NCBI RefSeq assembly: GCF_009914755.1
Contig: NC_060940.1
Reading direction: 5' to 3' (one strand)
Source: the human T2T-CHM13v2.0 reference genome, Homo sapiens
DNA length: 64,000 nt
Positions 26,465 through 38,185 of this stretch are shown here, piece by piece. Made by a program: the position numbers and the translations under genes. Below the pieces are notes generated by a model that had not been told where the DNA came from, ran no database searches, and was given only the letters and a program-made list of their open reading frames with translations. Numbering within the stretch: position 1 is the first letter of the stretch; each line of letters opens with the position of its first letter.

Positions 26465-27046
26465 TGTTGTAGGCCAAATGTTGGCCCCATGATCTCCACC
26501 TCCTGGCATTACTCCTGCAGTTATGTGGCCTCACATGGCAAAGGAGACTTTCTTAGTGTAATTAAGGTTATTAATCAGCTGACCTTAAAACAAGGAGGTT
26601 ACCCGGGATTATCCAGGTGGACCCAGGTAATCACATGGGCCCTTTAAAGCAGAAGAGGAAGGCAAGAGAGTGAAGAAGAGAGATGCAGCAGCAGAGAAGA
26701 GTTAGAGAAATGAGGCCAAAGTTAGTTCAGAGGGTTGCCAATTCTGAGATCCTGAGGATTCAACCTGCTGCTGGCTTGCAGATGGAATTGGGCTGCATGG
26801 GAAGTGTGAGAAATAAATCCATTCTGCCAGCACCCCAAATGATGCTGGAAAAGGATTTTTCCCCCCAGGGACTCCAATAAGGAACACTGCCCTGCTGAAA
26901 CTGAGATTTTGGCCTTATGAGCCCCTAAGCAGGAAACCTACTGTGAACCCCGCGGAGGTCATACTTCTCACCCACAGATACTGTTGTTGTTTTAAGCCAC
27001 TTAATTTATGATAATTTTTTACAATAGCAATAGAAAACTAATACAG
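26465..27046 (+). mobile_element. MLT1D/E-like MaLR LTR
   Basis: tg...catggcaaaggagactt...gtaattaaggtt...ggattatccaggtggaccc...gttttaagccac...agcaatagaaaactaataca. Confidence 0.85.
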
Positions 27047-27904
27047 AATGTGGTTACATTATCTTACATACCATTTAAGAGTAAAGCTGCTTTTCACAAC
27101 AAAATAACAGGGATTTTTTTTAAAAAGCACACACATTCATAAACTGTTGAACAGCTATCAAAAGTTCGTTTTCAAATGAATTACCAACTTACAATTTTCA
27201 AGTATTCCCAATACCAACATCATTCTTAAATTAAAACAGCAACGGAAGCAATCTCAGGGACATGTTTAGCAACACTTCCTAGTGAAGCTCCCAGAATTAT
27301 GAATACTTTTGGTATGCGTGCGATGCCACTCATTACCACGAACCGTCTTTTGAGGAGGTTGCGCTGACTGCATTAAGGAGCTTTACGTGCGAGTCCCCAG
27401 CCCACTCAGCTTTCAGAAGTCACATCGCTGCTTGCCACAATTCACCTCGCTTTCCCAGAGTAGACATCTTTCATAAGATGCCGGGATTTGAAGTGGAAAT
27501 CACACTGACAGAACGACATCATCCCTGCGATTGGGATAAGCTACCATCATTAAGGAAGTCACAGTTGCTGGTTTAAGGCTTGTACAAGCTTTTCGATATT
27601 CTCCAGATAGTCTCCTGACACCTACACCTAGAACACATGTGTTGGAAGTAATCCTTTATGATAGGTCCCTTAATGTACTTGTTTTGGAATATGACCTTCT
27701 CCTGACCTGTCTTCATTGCAGAATTGCTGGAAAGTCTGAAATGGGGAGCACAGAAGGTCATGGTGTGGTGGTTGACACTTAGGAACTCTCAAAAAAGTGT
27801 ATAAATTGCCTTGATTTATCACATACTGTGCGTAAGTTATGCTGTTCTCATTCAGCCAACAGTATGTTTAATACCCAAAGCCCTCTTTTTTTTTCTCCTT
27901 CTTT

Positions 27905-29100
27905 GTTTTTGGCATATAACAGCTTATTGCAGTATAATTCATCGACTGTATGATTCACCCATTTAAAGTATATAATTCAATGTTTTTTGGTCTATTTATA
28001 AAGTTACACAATCGTCGCCACAATCAATTTTAGAACATTTAATGACTCCCAAAATGAAATTCTGGGCTCATTAACGATCATTTCTCATTTCCTCGAAAAC
28101 TCTTTGGTACTAGACAACCAATGATCCACTTTCTACCTCCATGGATTTGCCCATTCTGGACATTTCATATAAATGCAGTCATGCAATATGTGGCCTTTTG
28201 TGTGTCTTCTTTCACTCAGCATCATGTTTTCAGGTTTTATTCATGTTGTAACATTTATCAGCACTTCATTTCATTTTATTGATTATTAATATTGTATGGG
28301 ATTATATTTTATTTTAAGTTTTTACGTTATATTTTATGACATTTATCCATTTAAAAGTCCATGGACATCGGGTTGTTACTACTTTTTGGCTACTATGAAT
28401 AATGCTGCTCTGAACATTTTTGTGTAAGTTTCCTGTGGATATATGTTTTCATCTTTTTCTTAAGTATATATCTGGGAATGGAATTGCTGAGTTATAAAGT
28501 GACTCTGTGTTAACCTTTGGAGAAACTGGCAGACTGTGTTTCAAAGCAGCTGTTCCATTTTACATTTCCATCAGCAGTGTATGAGGGTTCTAATTTCTCC
28601 ACTTTTTACCAACACATTATTATTGGTCTTTTATTATAGCCTCCTTGCTAGGTGTAAAGGAGTATCTCATTGTGGTTTTGATTTGATTTCCTTTTTCAAG
28701 ATTGCTTTGCCTAGTCTGGGTTCTTTGTATTTCCATATAAATTTTGAAATCAACGTTTCAATTTCTGTGAAAAAAGAGAAAGGCAGCTGGAATTTTGAAA
28801 GGCACTGTTTTGAATCAATCTGTAGATCAACTGGAAGAGTATTGTCAGCTTAACAATATTGAGTCTTCCCATCCATGAATATAGAATGCCTTTCCATTTA
28901 TTTTTGTTAATTTCCTTCAACAATGTTTTATAGTTTTCAATAGACAAGTCTTGCATTTATTCTGTTAAATTTATTCCTAAGTATATTTGATGATATTGTA
29001 AATTGAATTATTTTCTTAATTTCTTATGTGGATTATTCATTGTTATTATATTTAATCAATTGATTCTTGTATACTGATCTTGTGTCCTTTAAACTTGCTG
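27905..29100 (-). mobile_element. L1MB-like with an internal deletion near 28695
   Basis: Antisense 3'UTR; ORF2 remnants ([11 protein letters not shown]...[10 protein letters not shown]). Confidence 0.88.
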
Positions 29101-29477
29101 GGAGCTCTCTTTTAACATAGACATTATTATGCTTATTTTATGTCTTCATTTATTTGCTCAAATCTCGTAGTAGAGCTACTGGAGCCCAACATTCATATTC
29201 TGTTTGTTATACACTCATAATTATACAAGTACATGTGCACAAGTCAAATATTAAACAGATACATACTGAGGTAGCATTGTTCCAAATCCTCATCTATTTG
29301 AGCTTACCTTTCTAACGTGTGAACTAATTATGGAAAGAATTTGGTTGCTTGCTGTAGCTCATGACTTAGGACGCATTTTCCCCTCTTCAACTGTCTTTTA
29401 TTTGAGCCATGATTGAATTATTCACCATGCCTAGTTGTTTTCCTTTTCCTAAACATTTAAAAATTAACTCATTTTCT

Positions 29478-29842
29478 TTTTTTTCTTTTTTTATTTCAAT
29501 AGGTTTTTTGGGAACAGGTGGTGTTTGGTTACATGAGTAAGTTCTTTAGCCGTGATTTCTGAGATTTTGGTGTACCCATCACCCGAGCAGTGTCCACTGT
29601 ACCCAATGTGTAGTCTCGTATCCGTTGCCATGCCCAACCCTTTCCCCAAGTCCCCACAGTCCAATACATTATTCTTATGCCTTTGCATCCTTATAGCTTA
29701 GCTCCTACAGGTGAGTGAGAATATATGACATTCGATTTTCCATTCCTGAGTTACTTCACTTAGAATAACAGTCTGCAATTCCATCCAAGTTTCTGTGAAT
29801 ACCATTATTTCATTCTTTTTTATGGCTGAGTAGTAGTATTCC

Positions 29843-29907
<65 letters not shown>

Positions 29908-30223
29908 TAGGTTTTTTTAATCTGTTCATTGATTGATGGGCACTTGGCCTGGTTCCATGTTCTTGCAATTGCAAATTGTGCTGCTATAAACATGCATGTG
30001 CAAGTATCTTTTTCATATAATGACTTCTTTTCCTCTTAGTAGATACCTAGTAGCAGGATTGCTGGATCAAACAGTAGGTCTACTTTTAGTTCTTTAAGGA
30101 ATCTCCACACTGTTTTTCACAGTGGTTGTACTTGTTTACATTCCCACCAAGAATGGTGATGATCAAAAAATGAAAAAATAATAGATGCGGGGAAAAGGGA
30201 ACACTTTTTACACTGTTGGTGGG
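29478..30223 (-). mobile_element. L1PB-like with 5' inversion (twin priming)
   Basis: Antisense 29478-30150, then sense 30151-30223; TSD aaaattaactcattttct / aaaattagctcattttct. Confidence 0.88.
29849..29904. repeat. (TA)28 microsatellite
   Basis: Read directly; lies inside the L1. Confidence 0.95.
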
Positions 30224-30387
30224 AAAATTAGCTCATTTTCTAGTAGCAGTATATCTCTCCAACAAACAAGTCACCTGTTTTTTTTTCCTGAACACACCAT
30301 CTCTCGTCATTCTTGATGCTAAAATATAAGCATGTAGGTCCAAACCTGTCTCTCCTCCTTTCAGAGTGACCAGAGAGACCCTTCTAG

Positions 30388-30690
30388 TGTTTTGTTTTGT
30401 TTTTTTGAGTTGGGGTCTCCTGTGTTGCCAGTCTAGAGTACAGTAGTGCAGTCATGGCTCACTGCAGCATCTAGCTCCAAGGCTCGGGTCATCCTCCCAC
30501 CTCAGCCTCCCCAGCAGCTAGGACTACAGGTGTGCACCACCAGGCCCTGCCAATTTTTTTAAATTTATTTTTCGTACAGATGGAATCTCACTGTGTTGCC
30601 GAGGTTGGTCTCACATTCCTGGCCTCAAGTGATCCTACCACCTCAGCCTCACATAGTGTTGGGATTACAGGCATGAGCCACCATGACTGT
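30388..30690 (-). mobile_element. AluJ
   Basis: Diverged antisense Alu (gtcatggctcactgcagc; tcctcccacctcagcc); cttctagt on both sides. Confidence 0.9.
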
Positions 30691-31073
30691 CTTCTTCTAG
30701 TCTTGATGCCTCTCCTCTCCATCTGTAGACCCCACTCCTCCTAGGTCACTTCCTGTGACCCCACACCAACATCCTTTCTCTAGAAACGGCCATTCCCAAA
30801 CTGTGAGCCTCGTGTTTGTATTCATGACACATATGTAGCATCCACTGTGAAGTCAAAATTAAGGTGAATGGTAAACTCAACCACCTGGCTTCATGTTGAC
30901 CTTGTCCCTAGACTCCCATTCCCTGCAGCTGGTCTTGCTCTCTACTTTGAAAACACAGTTGATGCCATCTGAAACGATCTCCTCCACTTGGATCTCTCTG
31001 CCCGTATTTACCTGTATCTCCAATATCTCCTGCTACTCAAGTATCTTCTTTTTATTAAAACTTTCATATCGTT

Positions 31074-31399
<326 letters not shown>

Positions 31400-31425
31400 T
31401 TATTCTTCCTTTACCTGTACCTTTA

Positions 31426-32188
31426 TTGATTTATTTTAACTTTTGTTTTAGGTTCAGGGGTACATGTGCAGGTTTGTTATACAGGGAAATTGTGTGTCAC
31501 AGGGGTTTGGTGTACAGATTATTTCATCACCCAGGTAATAAGCATGGTACCCTATAGGTAGTTTTTTTGTTCTCACCCTCTTCCCACCCTCCACCCTTAA
31601 GTAGGTAGGCCCTGGTGACTGTTGATCCCTTCTTCGTGTTCTTGTGTACTCAGTGTTTAGCTCCCACTTATAAATGAGAACATGTGGCAATTGGTTTTCC
31701 ATTTCTTTGTTACTTTGCTTAGGATAATGGTCTCCATTTCCATCCATGTCACTGCAAAGGACATGATCTTGTTCTTTTGTATAGCTGTGTAGTATTCCAC
31801 ATTATATATGTACCATATTTCTTTAATCCAGTCTACTGTTGATGGGCATTTAGGTTGAATCCCTGTCTTTACTACTGTGAATAGTGCTGCAGTGAAAAAA
31901 TGCTCAACATCACTAATCATTAGAGAAATGCAAATAAAATCCACAATAAGATACCATCTCACACCAGTCAGAATGGCTATTACTAAAAAGTCAAAACGAA
32001 ACACGTGCTGGCAAGGTTGCAGAAAAAAAGGGAACATTTTTACACTGCTAGTGGGAATGTAAGTTAGTTCAGACGCTGTGGAAAGCAGTTTGGTGATTTC
32101 TCAGTGAACTTAAAACTACCATTCAACCTAGCAGTCTCATTGTTAGATATATACCCAAATAAATATAAATCATTCTGCCATAAAGATG
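31426..32188 (-). mobile_element. Old L1PA with 5' inversion (twin priming)
   Basis: Antisense to about 31896, then sense ORF2 ([28 protein letters not shown]); TSD cctgtaccttta / cctgtactttta. Confidence 0.9.
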
Positions 32189-33049
32189 CCTGTACTTTTA
32201 ATTCTATTTTCTGTTGACTGCCCCATGGCCTTTCTTTTTAAATCATTACCCTCTCCTTCCTGCATCTTCAGTCACATTCTCCATCATTTCTTTTGCATTA
32301 GTGGAGAAACATATCCAGGTCTCCCAATCCTAATATGAGAGAATCCACTATACCCCTGCCTTTTTGTTCTTGCTTACTGCCCATTATAAGCCCTTTTCCT
32401 CTTTCTTGGCATACTTATACTTTCTGAAAATGCAATGTTTATTATGTCAGCCATGTATACATCTGCTGTTGTGAAAGATAATTTTAGGTGGCATAGAGGT
32501 GATCTTTTATAATTTTAATAGCTATTTATTTTGATGTACAACTAAGCAATACCTGGTACGTTTCCATAATTTAAATCATATCATTGCTTAGAAGTAAGTT
32601 AAATTTCAAAAATCAATTTAAAGTATATTGAAAGTAGATTAATAGTGGTACTGTCAATACTTACATATGAATGACTGAAATACTGGAAGGCTTTGCATGT
32701 AAGAAAAGCAGAACTTTAAAGACAAACGGAACTCAGAGTGGATAGTACCCCTGAATGGACAGTGCTTCACGAGTCTTTTCTGGATGACCCTAAGAAAGTT
32801 AGTTGTCTACATTGCAGAAAGGCTATGAAGATTAGAGCAATGTATTTAAAGGAACAAGAACATTGTCCAGAAAAAAAATAGGTGTTTAATAAATGGTAAC
32901 TAATCATCCCCCGGACCGTATATACAGATATATAGGGATACCTTTGGGGAAAGTAGAATGGCCCAATATGTAGGTTATTCAGTTCCACGTAAGTGGGTGT
33001 TCACGAGATGCTTCCTGATTTGAAACATCACCATCATCAACAATAACAG

Positions 33050-33300
33050 CATTGATGAGAGGTCATCATGGGCCACCACTGTACTACGCCTTTCAGATGT
33101 ACACCTCACTCATTCCCAGTTTGCAACAGCTTTGTATGGGAGGTTCTGTAACATCCCCACTTTATAGGTGAGAACACTGAGTCTCAGGGAGGTGAAATAT
33201 TTTACACAAGATTGCTCAACTAGTGACAGGTGAAGCAGAGATTCAAATTCCAGAAGTCTGATTTCAAAGTTGTCTCTCTTAACCACTGTGTTGTATCTCA
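33050..33300 (-). mobile_element. MIR (donor of the inverted copy at 34632-34766)
   Basis: tttataggtgagaacactgagtctcagggaggtgaaat...tctcttaaccactg. Confidence 0.8.
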
Positions 33301-33437
33301 AATCATGACAGTTCTAACTTCATGTGTCATGGTACTTGGCATAAGGACGTTTTTCTCCCCATTCTTCCCCAAATTCAGTGCAAAAAATATATATGCTGAG
33401 TTTTTCATGGGCCAGGTCTACTCTATTCTTAGAGAAA

Positions 33438-33828
<391 letters not shown>

Positions 33829-34139
33829 TTAAACTGTGCTAAGTTGACAAAACACAGAATCCTCACTGCCTATGAATATGGATCTAGGGAAGCCAGCAAT
33901 GGACCTTTGGCAGAGTCAAGTGAAATCTTTATAGGAGATGAACTGAAATAGTTTAGAAAGAATGCATTAAGATAGTTTTACCTAAATAGTTTATCGTCAT
34001 ATCAATAAAATTGATCATCTCTATCACCAGTTTTAAAGTTGGCTTTGACAACTTTTCCAAAGCCAGAGTTTGGGCATATTTGGGTATTTCCATAATATTG
34101 AGCAAATGTTTAAACTATATTGAAAACGTTTGCCGTGCA

Positions 34140-35045
34140 TAACAGCATCCCAATAGGAAGCAGATGGCATGCTCAAACTAGGACAGTTGTAGGAGGACCT
34201 ATTTTTAAAAGGGCCTAGTTACAAAGGGGAATTGCAAAGGATAGGAGCATAACCTTGGGCAGTAAGAACTGAGTAGGAACAGTGCTCCACAGAGAGTGCA
34301 AAGTAAGCTGATGGGTTGAAGCTAAGGAGCAGGGAAAAGATCTAGAAGGCTCCCAGGCAGAAAGTGATTGGTAAGCTGAGTCTTGAAGGAATCCCTTCTG
34401 GATAGCATGAGAAGCTTGTTCCGGAAGAAGGAACCTATGTACGAAGACCTGAAAGAGTAAGGCATGATCTGAGAATACAGGTAGAGGGGGTGTGACTTGG
34501 GCATAGGCTATGGGGATGGCAGGGAGTAGAAAGGGCTGGAAAGGCCACCATGATACAGGTGTTGGAGAGAGGCAGGCATCATGCAAAGTGTATGTGTTAA
34601 GACTATTAGGAACAAAATATTTGTGGATTAAAGATATAACACAGTGGTTAAGAGAGACAGCTTTGAAACCAGACTTCTTGGATTTGAATCTCCGCTTTAC
34701 CTTTCACTAGTTGAGTGATCTTCGATAAAATACTTCACCTCCTTGAGACTCAGTGTTCTAACCTATCCCTAGACCTGAGGAATGAAGGAAGAGTCACTGA
34801 TCTGGAAGGCGTGAGTGCCATAGAGAGCCTCGTGGGAGGAACAGAGACCGCCAGCATGGGATACATCCAACCGCAGGCAACCCGAAAGGGAAAGATCCAG
34901 GGGAATGAGCATGCTGACCTTACTCAACCACCACCTTCTGATCTCCAAACGCAACAGGAAGTCGAAGGTCTTTCTCTATTCAGGCCAGCCTCCAAGGACA
35001 GAGGGGAGGCAGTGGAGGGTACTAAGGCGTGCTAAAGGGTCACAC
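34140..35045. mobile_element. Old ERV-type LTR (LTR78/79-like) split by the 34283-34766 insertion
   Basis: cccaataggaagcagatggcatgctcaaact...tagttacaaagg | ccctagacctgagg...gggaatgagcatgctgaccttactc. Family name from memory. Confidence 0.55.
34283..34766. repeat. Mosaic locally templated insertion (4 copied segments)
   Basis: Hand alignments to 35052-35071, 36613-36923, 36375-36401 and the reverse complement of 33164-33298. Confidence 0.88.
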
Positions 35046-36404
35046 TAATGATGCTCCGCAAAGAGTGCAAACTTTCTTATATGTTCTTGCTGCTGTTCCA
35101 TAAAGCAAAGACTGGATCCACATAACCTGATGGAGCAAAGTCTTAGTCCAACCCCTTAGCCTGCAAACTCTGGAATTTTAGAAAAGTCAATAGTGTGCCC
35201 CAGACATATTTCAATATACCTCCATTTTACTCCAGGTAAAAGGTTTCTTGCATCCATTTAACTATTGTAAATGAATAACCATGTGACCCTCAAGAAGATT
35301 CCAAGCCAAATTCCATTGGTTTCTAAGGTCTTAGGGTTGCTTGCTTTTGGCAAAGAGTGTACTTATCTTTTCATGCATGCCTTTAAAGAGACCATATTTT
35401 TTCTCTGATAAAGTCAATTATCAGTGTATGTGCTGCTCTGTTCACAGTTTTGACTAAATAGTGCAACATCTACGTAGAAAACATACCCCAAACTTGAGTT
35501 TTCCTGGGTTGTGCATTGTACATTGTCAAAGCGTAAAGAACATCTGAGTTGGAACTCGTACCCACTTCAGGATATGAGAAGATGCAGGTCAGTGATTTGT
35601 TTCGAGGCGGAAGAAGCTTAAAGAAAGTACCTTGCGCTGTGTGTTCCTCCATTAGCATTTGTTATTATGAAAGCATTAGACTATCTCTGGATGTTTTCCA
35701 CACACCTGAGAGTGTCAAAGAATGACAGGTACCTCATTAAAGATGCATGATATCTAGCCTCCTGTTCTCACACAGACTCCAACCACTAGTATGAATATAC
35801 TGCTTCCATATGAGCCTGCTGCAAGCCAGCCAGATCCTATTCAGAATATCTCCTTTCTACCACATCCAAATGTGGGCAGCATATATATACAGATTTGAAG
35901 TGCAAAGGGTTTGAGTCAACTTTTTGATAACCGTGGGGATTTTCCATCTCAAGAAATTCCGAAAATGATGTAATGATATAATGTAGCAGAATTTTAATTT
36001 AGTAGGTAGGATTAAGAGCTGACAAATTTCCTCTCTTTAAGTTTCTTTAATTCTGTCTGTGCAAGTCAGAGCATTCGGTATATTCCCACCCTCCCAGCTG
36101 ATATGCTAAAATTGGTTTCACTGTACTACTCTCAGGCATGCAATGAGCTAGGCAAAGCTGTTTAGTTACTTGCGATCTGTTTACATTACATAGAAGGTTG
36201 GTTAATTAGAAATAATCATGTTTCTTAATTAAGGAACAAATTGATTTTTAAAGAAGTGCTGAGGCCCCCTTGGGCCACAGCAGATAAGGGACTGAGCTCA
36301 TGGTTTGTGGTTGTCTGTGTGATTCTCTTTAAGGAGGGTCTGAAGTGTACAGTGACACAGCTATCAGTGGCTATGGAATCAAATATTTGTAGATTAAAAA
36401 TTGT

Positions 36405-36975
36405 ACTCATTCTGCTGACATCTTATGAGTATCTGTTGTGTGCAGAGAAATATGTTGGAGGACTCTGGGAACTTGAAGATAAGTAAGACAAAATCAGATC
36501 TTTAATGGAGCTGAGGGTGGCATGGTAAAAACAGGCTTGTATGTTGTATATTTAGCAAACTGTGTTAAGTCCTAGAAGAGAGATGGGTAAATATCCCAGG
36601 AAAACACTGAGAGCAAAGTAAGCTGATGGGGTGAGGCTAGGGAGAAGGCAAAAGATCTAGAAGGCTCCCAGGCAGAAAGTGATTGGTAATCTGAGTCTTG
36701 AGGGAACCCCTTCTGGATAGCATGAGAAGCTTGTTGCAGGAAGAATGAACCTGTATACAAAGACCTGAAAGAGTAAGGCTTGATCTGGGAATACAGGTAG
36801 AGGAGATGTGACTTGAGGGTAGGCTATGGGGATGGCAGGGAGTAGAAAGGGCTGGAAAGGCCATGATACAGGTGTTGGAGAGAGGCAGACGTCATGCAGA
36901 GTGTATGCATTAGGACTATTAGGGTGAGTTTAAGCAGGGAAAAAAAATTGCATCAGCTCATTTATTTAAAGGACC
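36405..36975 (-). mobile_element. L2 (donor of the copy at 34298-34610); further L2 pieces at about 37450-37700
   Basis: ctcattctgctgacatcttatgagtatctgttgtgtgcag...ctgagtcttga...aagacctg...tttaagcaggg. Confidence 0.7.
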
Positions 36976-36979
36976 AAGA

Positions 36980-37445
36980 GGAGCTTTAGGGATAGCAGTA
37001 TCTAGGTGTTCCAACTGTATTGTGAAGAATCTTTCTTACTTATTCCTTGGCTCTGCTTTTCTCTGGGATAGCTTTCCCCAGGTGATAGCAAACAAAAATG
37101 GCCACCTGGCATTTTCCCTACTATTTTAGCAAATGAAGCTGCCCCTCGCCCTTCATAAAAGTATTGTTCCCATGTAACTCCCTTTAAAGTTTTAGGTATA
37201 CCTCTGTTGGCCCAGTTTAAGTCATGTGCCCATCCCTGAATTAGTCTCTGTATGCACAGATGTGGAAGACTCAAAGGGGCTTGTGCCTACACCTAGAGCC
37301 AGGTATGGGGGAAAGGTGATACCAGCCCTTCCTCAACTTCAAGGACTAAGAGTGAAAGAATGGTGGTCGCTTAAGGGAAAAGGAGAATGCTGATATCACG
37401 AGCAAGGAGAACAGACGCAGGACAGAAATAAATAGATAGCTAGTA
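36980..37445 (-). mobile_element. MLT1 (I/K-like) LTR
   Basis: ttggcccagtttaagtcatgtgcccatccctga...cctacacctagagccagg. Confidence 0.65.
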
Positions 37446-37699
37446 TGCAAAGATGTCAAAGTGACAGCTCTTGATGAGTTTTGAGTAAAAACGACATGGA
37501 CACATTTTCATTAGAAAAAAATTATTCTGGCTTTGGAGAATGGGTAGGAGAGAGGAACATCTAACTCGGTGAGATGCTAGCATGATGACAAGGGCTTGGT
37601 CTCAGGTGGTTGTGGTAGAGATGGTGAGCATGAGACATGCATATTCTAGAGAGACTTAGGAGGTACAAAAGATGGACTTGGGGGTTTCTGATACATTAC

Positions 37700-38185
37700 A
37701 AAGGGCCAGAAATCTTTGAGCATCTTGTCCCCTCCCCTTGATTCTAGGTGAGGAGGGGACATTGATTTGACCAATACAATATGTAGAAGTGACACTCTGC
37801 CACTTCTTTGATCCAGGCCTTAAGAAATGGGTTGATTTAATTTACTGTCTCTTGCAACGTTCACTCTGATAGAAGCCAGCACCACATAAGAAGTTTGGCT
37901 ACCTGGAGACTGCCCTGTGTGGAGATGCTCAAGCTATATGAAAGGGCCTTGAAGGATGACATACTGTATGAACAGAGAGGTCAAGGAGGAGTGAAGCACT
38001 ATTCATGGGAATAAAGGAGCTATATCAGAATTAGACTCTCCAACCCTGGCTGACCTCATGAGAATCTGAGATGTACCACCCAGCTGAGTCCTTCCTGAAT
38101 CCCTAACCCACAAAATCATAAACACGATAAAAGTGACAAAATGTTTAGATGTTTTCATTCTACAGCACTAAATAACCAGAATAAG
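37700..38185 (+). mobile_element. MLT1H-like LTR
   Basis: ccctccccttgattct...tttgaccaat...gaagtgacact...ccagctgagtccttcctgaatccctaacccacaaaatcat...taaccagaa. Confidence 0.75.

Noticed and set aside
34215-36864. Similar minus-strand ORFs at 34215-34586 and 36572-36864 suggesting paralogous genes
   Set aside because: Similarity comes from the duplicated L2 segment, and the frames are broken differently in each copy.
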